DNA of 64,000 bases from the NCBI GenBank assembly GCA_045543955.1, contig JAZPYB010000030.1, positions 961-64,960 on the forward strand. The letters are read 5' to 3'. This stretch comes from Eubacteriales bacterium. GTDB lineage: Bacteria; Bacillota; Clostridia; Oscillospirales; CAG-272. Made by a program: the position numbers and the translations under genes. Below, in pieces: positions 46,999 to 55,697 of this stretch. The notes below the pieces were generated by a model. That model saw nothing but the letters and a program-made list of their open reading frames with translations, made no database searches and was not told where the DNA came from. Every line of letters starts with the position of its first letter. Within the stretch, counting starts at the first letter, position 1.

Positions 46999-47211
46999 TC
47001 ATTTATATCTTTCTCTATTATCGGTTTCACCGAGAATGTAGTCTATGCTTGTATTATAAAAGCGTGAAAGCTTTATTAATATTTCGGTAGGAATGTCATT
47101 CTCTCCTGTTTCATATTTTGAATAGCCTGTTTGCGACATTCCAAGCGTTTTTGCGACCTGTGTTTGAGTAAGTTCCATATCTTCGCGCAAATCACGTAAT
47201 CTTTTATACAT
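46999..47211 (-). CDS. XRE-family HTH transcriptional regulator
   Basis: MYKRLRDLREDMELTQTQVAKTLGMSQTGYSKYETGENDIP. I prefer ATG 47211 with an AAGGAG RBS over the track start at 47238. Confidence 0.85.
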   Translation of the reverse strand: MYKRLRDLREDMELTQTQVAKTLGMSQTGYSKYETGENDIPTEILIKLSRFYNTSIDYILGETDNRERYK

Positions 47212-47271
47212 AGTTTCTCTGCTCCTTAACAACTTCATTAAAATAATTATAGTATAATCTATTTCAGAGTA

Positions 47272-47300
47272 TTGACTTTTAACCTGAAACAGGTTATAAT
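47272..47300 (+). promoter_or_regulatory. Promoter of the plus-strand XRE gene with an embedded palindrome
   Basis: -35 TTGACT (47272..47277), a 17-nt spacer containing AACCTG-AAA-CAGGTT (47281..47295), then -10 TATAAT (47295..47300). Confidence 0.65.
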
Positions 47301-47326
47301 TATTTAAAAATTAAAAAGGAGTAGTT

Positions 47327-47560
47327 ATGAAAACCGATATTGACGTAAAAACATTTGCTAAAAATCTTAAACACCTTCGTATGAAAAACAATTTGACCAA
47401 AAAGGAAATGGCAGTAAAACTCGGCATAGGAATAAAAACCTTAAGCACACTCGAAAATGGAATTTTACCACCTCGTTTTAGGGCAAACAGCGTATTCAAA
47501 ATAAAAACGGAATTTGGTTTTTCTCCAAGCCAAATGTTTGGAATTGATTTATCAGACTAA
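47327..47560 (+). CDS. XRE-family HTH protein (short)
   Basis: 77 aa: FAKNLKHLRMKNNLTKKEMAVKLGIGIKTLSTLENG. It is divergent from 46999..47211. Confidence 0.75.
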   Translation: MKTDIDVKTFAKNLKHLRMKNNLTKKEMAVKLGIGIKTLSTLENGILPPRFRANSVFKIKTEFGFSPSQMFGIDLSD

Positions 47561-47597
47561 AAAAGCCACGATTGCTCGTGGCTTTTTTATTTTTATG
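47559..47597. terminator. Bidirectional terminator (XRE gene / nifJ)
   Basis: Stem AAAAAAGCCACG / CGTGGCTTTTTT. Confidence 0.85.
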
Positions 47598-47607
47598 AAA
47601 GTTTATC

Positions 47608-50600
47608 TTACTTGTAAAGTTCAATAAATCTCTTAAGTCTTTCGTACTTAGCCTTAGCAGCCTCTTCACTTGCTGTAAATAGCTTTTCTGCTCTTTCTGG
47701 GAATTGTTGAGCAAGACGGCTGTAACGTGTTTCGTTTGTCAAGAATGCACGGTAGTCGCCTGTTGGCTCCTTAGAGTCAAGTGAGAATGGGTTCTTGCCC
47801 TCAGCCTTGAGTTGTGGGTTGTATCTGAATAGATCCCAGTAACCAGCCTCAACAGCCTTCTTCATTTCGCCTTGGCAGTTTGTCATACCACCCTTAAGAC
47901 CATGCATTTCACATGGAGCATAACCGATGATAAGTGATGGACCCTTATAAGCCTCAGCCTCAGCTATTGCCTTGATTGTTTGAGCTGGGTCCGCACCCAT
48001 AGCGATTTGTGCTACATATACATAGCCGTAGGACATAGCGATTTCAGCAAGGTTCTTCTTACCGATAGCCTTACCAGCTGCTGCAAATTGAGCAACTTGA
48101 CCGAGGTTAGAAGCCTTTGATGCTTGTCCACCTGTGTTAGAGTAAACCTCTGTATCGAATACCATTACGTTAACGTCTTCGCCAGAAGCAAGTACGTGGT
48201 CAAGACCGCCGAAGCCGATGTCGTAAGCCCAACCGTCTCCACCGAAGATCCATACAGATTTCTTTGAGAGGTATGTCTTATCAGCAAGAACTTCCTTAGC
48301 TACTGGGCAACCAGCAGCCTCAGCCTTTTCAAGCTCTACGATAAGAGCCTTTGTAGCTGTTTCGTTTGCCTTACCGTCGTCAACTGTGTCAAGGTAAGCC
48401 TTTGCAGCTGCCTTGAATTCGTCTGATGCCTTTTCGCTTTCAGCCATTTCAGCAACCTTGCGGATTAGCTTTTCACGGAGAGTCTTTTGACCAAGGTACA
48501 TACCAAGACCGTGCTCTGCGTTGTCCTCAAAGAGTGAGTTAGCCCAAGCTGGACCACGGAGAGAATCCTTGTTTACTGTGTATGGTGTTGCAGGAGCTGA
48601 GCCACCCCAAATGGATGAACAGCCTGTTGCGTTAGAGATATACATTCTCTCACCAAAGAGCTGAGTGATAAGACGTGCATATGATGTTTCAGCACAACCA
48701 GCACATGAGCCAGAGAACTCGAGGAGTGGTTGGTTGAATTGGCTACCCTTAACGGAAACCTCTTGGAATGGAAGCTCCTTCTTTGATACGTTAGCAACTG
48801 CATAGTCAAATGCTGCTTGTTGGTCAAGCTGAGTAGCTTGTGGAACCATTCTGATAGGTGTCTTTTCTGGAGTGCCGTTTGCCTTAGCCTTGAGAGCTAC
48901 TGGACAAACGTTAACACAAAGACCACAACCCATACAGTCAAGTGGGCTGATAGCGATTGTGAACTTGTAGTCCTCGCATCCCTTACCGATCATCTTAGCT
49001 GCGAACTTAGTTGACTCAGGAGCATTAGCAGCCTCATCAGCATTCATAGCGAATGGACGGATTGTTGCGTGTGGACATACATATGAGCATTGGTTACATT
49101 GGATACAGTTTTCTGGAATCCACTCTGGAACAGTAACTGCAACACCACGCTTTTCGTATGCAGCAGCACCTTGTGGGAATGTACCATCAACGTAATCAAC
49201 GAATGCAGAAACTGGGAGCTTATCGCCTTCCATCTTAGATACAGGAAGAAGTACGTTTTCAACATACTTAACGAGCTCTGGGCGCTTGCCTTCAACTGTT
49301 TCCTTAGTATCAACAACGTCAAGATTTGCCCAAGCGGCAGGAACATTAACCTTAACGAGAGCTTCCTTACCAGCGTCGATAGCCTTGTAGTTCATTTCAA
49401 CTACTGCTTCGCCCTTCTTGAGATATGACTTCTTAGCCATATACTTCATCTTTTCGATAGCCTCGTCGATAGGCATAATGTTAGCAAGTGCAAAGAATGC
49501 GGATTGGAGAATTGTGTTTGTTCTCTTACCCATTCCAATTTCGATAGCCTTGTCAATAGCGTTTACAATGTAGAATTGAACATTGTTCTCTGCGATATAC
49601 TTCTTAACCTCTGCTGGAAGATGGCTGTCAAGCTCAGCCTCTGTCCATTGACAGTTGAGGAGGAATGTACCACCTGGCTTAACGTCATTAACAATCTTGT
49701 AGCCCTTGAGCATGTATGAAGGGTTGTGACATGCAACAAAGTCAGCCTTTGTTATGTAGTATGGGCTCTTAATAACTGAATCGCCGAAACGAAGGTGAGA
49801 AATTGTAACACCACCTGTTTTCTTTGAGTCATATTGGAAATAAGCTTGAATAAACTTATCTGTATAGTCACCGATAATCTTGATTGAGTTCTTGTTAGCA
49901 CCAACTGTACCGTCACCACCAAGACCCCAGAACTTGCAAGAGATTGTACCCTTAGCGCTGGTGTCAACGTTTGTTGTTTCAGGAAGTGAAAGACCTGTAA
50001 CGTCGTCAACGATACCGATTGTGAAGTTAGCCTTTGGCTCGTCAGCGTTTAGGTTCTCATATACTGCGAAGATTGAAGCAGGTGTTGTATCCTTAGAACC
50101 AAGACCGTAACGACCGCCAACAACCTTAGCTTGTACGCCCTTAATAGCGAGTGATGTAACAACATCAAGGTAAAGTGGTTCACCAAGTGAGCCTGGCTCC
50201 TTAGTTCTATCAAGAACAGCAATCTTCTTAGCTGTAGCTGGGATAGCCTCAACAAGCTTCTCAGCAACGAATGGACGATATAGTCTAACCTTAACAAGAC
50301 CAACCTTTTCGCCCTTTGCTGTTAGGTAATCAATAACCTCTTCGCAAACGTCACATACTGAACCCATAGCAACGATAACTCTTTCAGCGTCAGGTGCGCC
50401 GTAGTAGTTAAAGAGCTTATAGTCAGTACCGATTTTCTCGTTTACCTTGTTCATATAGTCTTCTACGATTGCTGGGAATGCATCGTAGTATTGGTTACAA
50501 GCTTCTCTGTGTTGGAAGAAGATGTCGCCGTTTTCAGCAGAACCACGAAGAACTGGGTGCTCTGGGTTGATTGAACGAGCACGGAATGCGTTGATAGCAT

Positions 50601-51195
50601 CCTTGTCAACCATTTCCTCAAGATCCTTGTAGTCCCAAACCTCGATCTTTTGGATTTCGTGTGAAGTACGGAATCCGTCGAAGAAGTTAAGAACAGGAAC
50701 TCTACCCTTGATTGTGGACAAGTGTGCAACTGCACCAAGGTCCATAACCTCTTGTGGGTTTGTGCAAGCCATCATAGCATAACCTGTTTGACGGCAAGCG
50801 TATACGTCGGAGTGGTCTCCGAAAATGTTAAGAGCGTGGGAAGCTACACAACGAGCTGAAACGTGAATTACGTTTGGAAGAAGCTCACCAGCGATCTTGT
50901 ACATGTTAGGAATCATAAGGAGCAAGCCTTGTGATGCTGTGTAAGTAGTTGTAAGGGCACCAGCAGCGAGTGAGCCGTGTACTGTACCAGCAGCACCAGC
51001 CTCAGATTGCATCTCTGTAACCTTTACTTGTTCACCAAAAATGTTCTTTAAGCCTGTAGCACTCCATGAGTCTGTAAGCTCAGCCATAACACTTGATGGT
51101 GTGATTGGGTAAATCGCAGCAACCTCTGTAAACGCATAGCTGACAGTAGCGGCAGCGGTATTACCGTCCATTGACTGTTTCTTTCTTGTTATCAT
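47608..51195 (-). CDS. nifJ: Pyruvate:ferredoxin (flavodoxin) oxidoreductase
   Basis: Two 4Fe-4S motifs (CIQCNQCSYVCPHA and CMGCGLCVNVCP) and the TPP motif GGDGWAYDIG. I prefer ATG 51195 after a GGAGGG RBS over the track start at 51252. Confidence 0.95.
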   Translation of the reverse strand: MITRKKQSMDGNTAAATVSYAFTEVAAIYPITPSSVMAELTDSWSATGLKNIFGEQVKVTEMQSEAGAAGTVHGSLAAGALTTTYTASQGLLLMIPNMYKIAGELLPNVIHVSARCVASHALNIFGDHSDVYACRQTGYAMMACTNPQEVMDLGAVAHLSTIKGRVPVLNFFDGFRTSHEIQKIEVWDYKDLEEMVDKDAINAFRARSINPEHPVLRGSAENGDIFFQHREACNQYYDAFPAIVEDYMNKVNEKIGTDYKLFNYYGAPDAERVIVAMGSVCDVCEEVIDYLTAKGEKVGLVKVRLYRPFVAEKLVEAIPATAKKIAVLDRTKEPGSLGEPLYLDVVTSLAIKGVQAKVVGGRYGLGSKDTTPASIFAVYENLNADEPKANFTIGIVDDVTGLSLPETTNVDTSAKGTISCKFWGLGGDGTVGANKNSIKIIGDYTDKFIQAYFQYDSKKTGGVTISHLRFGDSVIKSPYYITKADFVACHNPSYMLKGYKIVNDVKPGGTFLLNCQWTEAELDSHLPAEVKKYIAENNVQFYIVNAIDKAIEIGMGKRTNTILQSAFFALANIMPIDEAIEKMKYMAKKSYLKKGEAVVEMNYKAIDAGKEALVKVNVPAAWANLDVVDTKETVEGKRPELVKYVENVLLPVSKMEGDKLPVSAFVDYVDGTFPQGAAAYEKRGVAVTVPEWIPENCIQCNQCSYVCPHATIRPFAMNADEAANAPESTKFAAKMIGKGCEDYKFTIAISPLDCMGCGLCVNVCPVALKAKANGTPEKTPIRMVPQATQLDQQAAFDYAVANVSKKELPFQEVSVKGSQFNQPLLEFSGSCAGCAETSYARLITQLFGERMYISNATGCSSIWGGSAPATPYTVNKDSLRGPAWANSLFEDNAEHGLGMYLGQKTLREKLIRKVAEMAESEKASDEFKAAAKAYLDTVDDGKANETATKALIVELEKAEAAGCPVAKEVLADKTYLSKKSVWIFGGDGWAYDIGFGGLDHVLASGEDVNVMVFDTEVYSNTGGQASKASNLGQVAQFAAAGKAIGKKNLAEIAMSYGYVYVAQIAMGADPAQTIKAIAEAEAYKGPSLIIGYAPCEMHGLKGGMTNCQGEMKKAVEAGYWDLFRYNPQLKAEGKNPFSLDSKEPTGDYRAFLTNETRYSRLAQQFPERAEKLFTASEEAAKAKYERLKRFIELYK

Positions 51196-51260
51196 AAAAA
51201 ACCCTCCAGTTTTATTTTTTGCAAAACTAAAATGTCGCCTGTTTTTAGGCATAACAAAAC

Positions 51261-51314
51261 TACGTGTGCATACACGTACATAGTAATAATAACACTTTTT
51301 AATTAAAATTTCAA
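51261..51314 (-). promoter_or_regulatory. nifJ promoter with an inverted repeat at the predicted transcription start
   Basis: On the minus strand: -35 TTGAAA (51314..51309), a 17-nt spacer, -10 TATTAT (51291..51286). The 7-4-7 inverted repeat TACGTGT-GCAT-ACACGTA follows at 51261..51278. Confidence 0.5.
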
Positions 51315-51395
51315 TAGTTGTGACTTATTTTTTAAAATTTTGTAATATTTATATAGATTTATGCATATTTTTTCACTCTTTGTGTAAAAAACATA

Positions 51396-51424
51396 AAAAG
51401 CCCAAGACAAGCTCGGGCTTTTTA
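51396..51424 (-). terminator. Terminator after the comM / small-gene pair
   Basis: Stem AAGCCCGAG / CTTGGGCTT (one mismatch) followed by a T-run. Confidence 0.7.
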
Positions 51425-51646
51425 TCATTCCTCGTCTGAATATTCGCTCATATTGGCGGAGTCGAGGGCTTCTCTTTTGATATTGCCCTTTACTCTTTCG
51501 TAGTATGAGATTTTTTGGCGAATCATAGCCATAATTTCATTTTGGAGTGTCATTTTTTCATTTTCAGCAACGATGGCGAATTTCTTTGCAACATCCTCGC
51601 TTAATTTGATTTTTAGTATCTTGTTCTTTTTCATATTTTTTACCAT
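51425..51646 (-). CDS. Small protein, possibly ribbon-helix-helix-like
   Basis: 73 aa: KIKLSEDVAKKFAIVAENEKMTLQNEIMAMIRQKISYYER. Its start overlaps the comM stop. Confidence 0.45.
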   Translation of the reverse strand: MVKNMKKNKILKIKLSEDVAKKFAIVAENEKMTLQNEIMAMIRQKISYYERVKGNIKREALDSANMSEYSDEE

Positions 51647-53193
51647 TAGTTAAAGTATTTTTTGTCAAGTGAACGAAGTCCTATTGCCTCTGCTATATGA
51701 TTTGGCTTTATTTCATCGCTTCCGTCAAGGTCGGCAATTGTTCTTGCTAGGCGCAAAATTCTATCGTGTCCTCTGGCTGAGAGTCCTAGTGCTTTAAATG
51801 CTCTTTCCATCAAAGCCGAACAATCTTGACTCAACGCACAATATTTGCGTAGGTGCTTTGACTCCATTTGTGCGTTTCTTGTTATTTTTACGCCGTTTTC
51901 CGTTTCATCGTTTTGGAAGCGCACCTGCATAATTTGTCTTGCTTTATTCACGCGCTTTCTAATTTCGCTTGATGGCTCTGATTTTTGGCGCTGGGCAATT
52001 TCCGAATAAGCAAGCGATGGCACCTCGATTTGAATATCGACTCTATCAAGGAGAGGCCCGCTGATTTTTGAAATATACTTTTTAATATCTTCCTTTTTGC
52101 AGGTGCACTCGTGCGTTGGGTGTCCGTAGTAGCCGCATTTACAAGGGTTCATAGCAGCGACGAGCATAAATGAGCAAGGGTAAGTAATTCTGCCGGCGGT
52201 TCTTGTTATTGTAATTTTTCCGTCCTCAAGCGGTTGACGGAGTGACTCAGTAACTGTGCGATTAAACTCAGGCAATTCGTCAAGGAACAAAACGCCATTG
52301 TTGGCAAGTGAAACCTCGCCCGGCTGTGGAATTTTGCCTCCACCTACTAAAGATGGTGCCGACATTGTGTGATGTGGGGAACGGAATGGTCTTTCCTTAA
52401 TCAAGGAAACATCGTCTGGCAAAATGCCGGAAACTGAATGGATTTTTGTGGTTTCAATCGACTCGTCAAATGTCATTTCGGGCAGAATTGATGGTATTCT
52501 CTTTGCTATCATTGACTTGCCTGTACCAGGAGGTCCTATCAATAAAATATTGTGTCCACCAGCTGCAGCAATTTCAACTGCGCGCTTTACTGCAAATTGT
52601 CCCATTACATCTGCAAAATCTGGGTAATTTAAATTGTCCTCTCTTTCAAAGGGCTCAGGCTTTTGTGGCTCCAATATCTTTGTGCCGTTAAAGTGGTCAA
52701 CTATTTCGTTTACATTCTTTATTCCGTAAACCTCCAAGCCCTCGACAACGCTTGCTTCCTTTGCGTTTTCATATGGTACAAAAAGCTTCTTTTTGCCTGC
52801 GTTTTTGGCAGCAACAGCCATACAGAGCGCACCATTTACACGGCGCACCTCCCCTGAGAGTGAAAGCTCGCCGATAAAGCAACAATTCTCTAGCTCCTCG
52901 GGCTTTGAAAATACGTTGCCACTTTGTAGAATACTGATAAGAATAGCAAGGTCAAAGGACGAGCCCTCCTTCCTTTTGTCAGCAGGGGCGAGGTTTACTA
53001 TTATTTCGTTTTGAGGAAATGGCAAACGGGAGTTAATAGCAGCCGCCCTAACCCTCTCCTTAGCCTCTTTAATTGCATTGTCGGGAAGCCCAACTATCTC
53101 AAAGCAAGAAAGCCTTCTTGCCGAGTGGCACTCAACAGTAACTAAATACCCGTCAATCCCAAAAAGCCCCGCACTGTATGCTATACTTACCAT
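51646..53193 (-). CDS. comM: YifB/ComM-family Mg-chelatase-like AAA+ ATPase
   Basis: 515 aa with an N-terminal Lon-protease-like domain, Walker A GPPGTGKSM and GVLFLDELPEF. Confidence 0.9.
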   Translation of the reverse strand: MVSIAYSAGLFGIDGYLVTVECHSARRLSCFEIVGLPDNAIKEAKERVRAAAINSRLPFPQNEIIVNLAPADKRKEGSSFDLAILISILQSGNVFSKPEELENCCFIGELSLSGEVRRVNGALCMAVAAKNAGKKKLFVPYENAKEASVVEGLEVYGIKNVNEIVDHFNGTKILEPQKPEPFEREDNLNYPDFADVMGQFAVKRAVEIAAAGGHNILLIGPPGTGKSMIAKRIPSILPEMTFDESIETTKIHSVSGILPDDVSLIKERPFRSPHHTMSAPSLVGGGKIPQPGEVSLANNGVLFLDELPEFNRTVTESLRQPLEDGKITITRTAGRITYPCSFMLVAAMNPCKCGYYGHPTHECTCKKEDIKKYISKISGPLLDRVDIQIEVPSLAYSEIAQRQKSEPSSEIRKRVNKARQIMQVRFQNDETENGVKITRNAQMESKHLRKYCALSQDCSALMERAFKALGLSARGHDRILRLARTIADLDGSDEIKPNHIAEAIGLRSLDKKYFN

Positions 53194-53296
53194 AAATTAC
53201 CTCGTAGAAATTTGATATTTTAATTTTAGCATACAAAAAAGAAAATATCAAGATAAAAAGACTGGAGGCAAATTGCCTCCAATATAAAAGTATTTT

Positions 53297-53481
53297 AATC
53301 CCTCCGTCGTTTCCCTTTGGCAAACGACACCTCCCTTTACAAAGGAGGCTTATTTGGACGAAGAGACAGGGCGGAGTGAATTTTCCCCGAAGGTCTCTTC
53401 TCAATGGCGAAGAGGTGGTGAGCAGAAATGGGCGAATGCGTAGTCGTCGCTGTACTTTGTACTGCAGAGTAGCAGTCGCCC
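53297..53481 (+). repeat. GC-rich modular repeat, copy 6
   Basis: AATCCCTCCG, the hairpin GTCGTTT/AAACGAC, then CACCTCCCTTTACAAAGGAGGC (53328..53349). Next comes the 8-bp stem GAAGAGAC/GTCTCTTC enclosing CAGGGCGGAGTGAATT. Last is the GGGCGA...TCGCCC hairpin with a CTGTAC-TTT-GTAC apex. Confidence 0.8.
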
Positions 53482-53617
53482 ATAAAAATTAAAAGGCATT
53501 TTCCTTGGAAGAAAAGCCTTAGCTTTTCAACCTTATAATAACAAAAGAGGCGCACCGACAAACGATGTACCTCTTTTTCGCCTTTTAATTTTGGTTGTGC
53601 CGTCACGTCGCAGCCTA

Positions 53618-54271
53618 TCACGCTTCGATGGCTTTTAATATCTTACGCGCTATCATCATTCCGCCAACCCAGTTTGGATGTACTCTATCCCAAGAGATAT
53701 ATGATGGGTAACGATATTTTAGGTGGTTATCAAAGTCCTCTTGTACGTCTATGTATTTAATGTTGTATTTCTCTGCGTACTTTTCCACAACCTCACGGCA
53801 GATGTCTGCGTACTCTACCATACGCTTTTTCATTGGGTCATTTTCGTTTGCTTCCATATAGAATGGGCTGATAATGAACATACCCTTTACCTTTGGCAAG
53901 GTTCTTTCGCAAGCAGCCTCCAAGTTCGCGCGATAGCAGTCTGGCATTAATAGGCTATTATCAAGATTTGGCTCGTCAAATTGGCGCCAAACGTCGTTTG
54001 CTCCTATCATAACAAACACCCAGTCAGGGTTGCAGGCTTCTACATTCTTTTCCCAGTTTGCGAGCATATCTTTACTAGCAGCGCCACCCTCGCCTACATT
54101 GATAATGCGAAGCATTCTTTCTGGGTAGTCAATTGCAAGGCTTGTGTCAACCATACGAACGTATCCGTTGCCAAGTCCCTCCCAAAGTCCCATACCGTAT
54201 GGGCGCTTTCTGCCACAGTCAGTAACTGAATCTCCTGCAAATACTATTGTTTCTCCGTTTTGAAAAATCAT
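53618..54271 (-). CDS. SGNH/GDSL-family hydrolase
   Basis: Block I FAGDSVTD, block III GANDV, block V DRVHPN. Confidence 0.8.
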   Translation of the reverse strand: MIFQNGETIVFAGDSVTDCGRKRPYGMGLWEGLGNGYVRMVDTSLAIDYPERMLRIINVGEGGAASKDMLANWEKNVEACNPDWVFVMIGANDVWRQFDEPNLDNSLLMPDCYRANLEAACERTLPKVKGMFIISPFYMEANENDPMKKRMVEYADICREVVEKYAEKYNIKYIDVQEDFDNHLKYRYPSYISWDRVHPNWVGGMMIARKILKAIEA

Positions 54272-54300
54272 TTTTCTTATCTCCTTGTAGATTATGATTT

Positions 54301-54364
54301 ACGGACAAGACACCTCATCCGTCTTTTGCTTTGCAAAATCCACCTTCTCCCACTGGAGAAGGCT
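54301..54364 (+). repeat. GC-rich repeat-like element, copy 7 (variant)
   Basis: Two hairpins, ACGGA...TCCGT and CCTTCTCC-CACT-GGAGAAGG, ending in GGCTTATTT as in copy 6. Confidence 0.5.
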
Positions 54365-54368
54365 TATT

Positions 54369-54944
54369 TTATTTTTTCCTTTGTGGCTTTTTCTTTTTTA
54401 CTGAAAAGCCGAATTTGCCGATTCTTTCGCCTAATTTATAATACTCTCCGTGAGCAAAGGCGCAAAGGTGTGCACGATTTATACAGAGCTTGTCCCCTTC
54501 TAAAAGTGCTTTTTCAACATTGACTGCCAAAATATCGGCAAGGAACATATCGTGCGAGCCGAGGGGAATTATATCAGTTACCCTACATTCTATTGAAATT
54601 GGACACTCGCCTATCATTGGTGCGTCAATTTTTGTCGCCTTTTCCTTAGTAAAAGAGCATTCCTTGAATTTGTCAACCTTTCGCCCAGTGTACATACCAC
54701 AAAAGTCTGCTTTTTTAGTAAGAGTGGCAGGGGTTAAATTGATAACAAACTCTTTTCTTTCCTTTAGTATATTATATGAATGCCTTTCGGGGCGAACGGA
54801 AATATATGTTTTTGGTGGAACGGTATTTGTAATTCCACACCAAGCAACAGTAATTATATTACTGTTTTCCATATCGCCAAGTGACACCATAACAGCGGGG
54901 ACAGGAGCAACCAAAGCCCCACCACGCCAACTGATTTTCTCCAT
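54369..54944 (-). CDS. Flavin reductase-like FMN-binding split-barrel protein
   Basis: 191 aa: GALVAPVPAVMVSLGD...NIITVAWCGI, typical of the flavin reductase domain. Confidence 0.7.
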   Translation of the reverse strand: MEKISWRGGALVAPVPAVMVSLGDMENSNIITVAWCGITNTVPPKTYISVRPERHSYNILKERKEFVINLTPATLTKKADFCGMYTGRKVDKFKECSFTKEKATKIDAPMIGECPISIECRVTDIIPLGSHDMFLADILAVNVEKALLEGDKLCINRAHLCAFAHGEYYKLGERIGKFGFSVKKKKPQRKK

Positions 54945-54945
54945 A

Positions 54946-55431
54946 TTAACAGTCCTCTATCATATTAGTGCAAAGATTGATTACTTCAAGTCTGGACCTT
55001 TGGGCATATCTCACTGTCTGCCCAGTGCCCGATTTAAATTCTCCGGTGTAATAAGCAATTACATAGCTAGATGCATCTACCATTTTATAATTTCTTATCT
55101 TCATACATCCATTGAAATAGCGTTCCTTTGGCATATCAACATAATCTGCATGCTTTAAAATCTTTTTGTACATCCATTTTTCCATAAATGTAAAGCGCTC
55201 ACTTTGGTTAGAGCAAGGCGCATAAATATGTAGCTCCACATCCTTGCCCGCCTTTTTTTGACGAAGCACCTCAATCGCCGCCTCGGTATCAAATCCGAGC
55301 GCACCGCCGGCTATAAAAATCTTGACTCCCTTTTCAATCAAGTCCTCTATTGCGCTCTTTAATTTTCCCTTTGTAAAATCACTGCCTAAGTGCCTATGGC
55401 CTGTAAAGCAGCAAGTTATTTCTTTTGACAT
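54946..55431 (-). CDS. DUF1273/YpsA-like SLOG-family protein
   Basis: MSKEITCCFTGHRHL...FIAGGALGFDTEAA. I prefer ATG 55431 with an AAGGAG RBS. Confidence 0.7.
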   Translation of the reverse strand: MSKEITCCFTGHRHLGSDFTKGKLKSAIEDLIEKGVKIFIAGGALGFDTEAAIEVLRQKKAGKDVELHIYAPCSNQSERFTFMEKWMYKKILKHADYVDMPKERYFNGCMKIRNYKMVDASSYVIAYYTGEFKSGTGQTVRYAQRSRLEVINLCTNMIEDC

Positions 55432-55605
55432 TCTATTCTCCTTTGGCATAAATGCGCCAATTAAATTATACCATCTTTAAAAACCAAATACAATAAAAAT
55501 ATTGAAATAAGATATGCATTTTCGATGGAATTTATGTGTTTTTTCATCGACTTGTCTTTACAAATTACCACCCGAGGCTTTTCCATTTTGCAATAGGCAT
55601 TATTT

Positions 55606-55672
55606 TTCGACAGTTTTTTCCATTTTTTGACACTAGACTATGACAAAAAACGCAAATATCGAGGACTATAAT
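55606..55672 (+). promoter_or_regulatory. Putative Spo0A-dependent spoIIE promoter region
   Basis: A 0A-box TGTCGAA lies on the minus strand (55612..55606). A -35-like ATGACA (55640..55645) is separated by 21 nt from -10 TATAAT (55667..55672). Confidence 0.35.
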
Positions 55673-55697
55673 AAAAGAAAAAATACTGGGAGGTATT

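Noticed and set aside
53153-53621. 83-aa and 94-aa minus-strand ORFs in the comM-SGNH intergenic region
   Set aside because: They are translations of the GC-rich repeat modules (for example LLCKGRCRLPKGNDGGI). They lack RBSs, and the same DNA modules occur in both orientations at other loci.
54490-55158. A 222-aa plus-strand ORF spanning two minus-strand genes
   Set aside because: It crosses the boundary of the flavin-reductase-like and DUF1273-like genes, both of which have recognisable family motifs and RBSs on the minus strand. The plus-strand product has no recognisable features.
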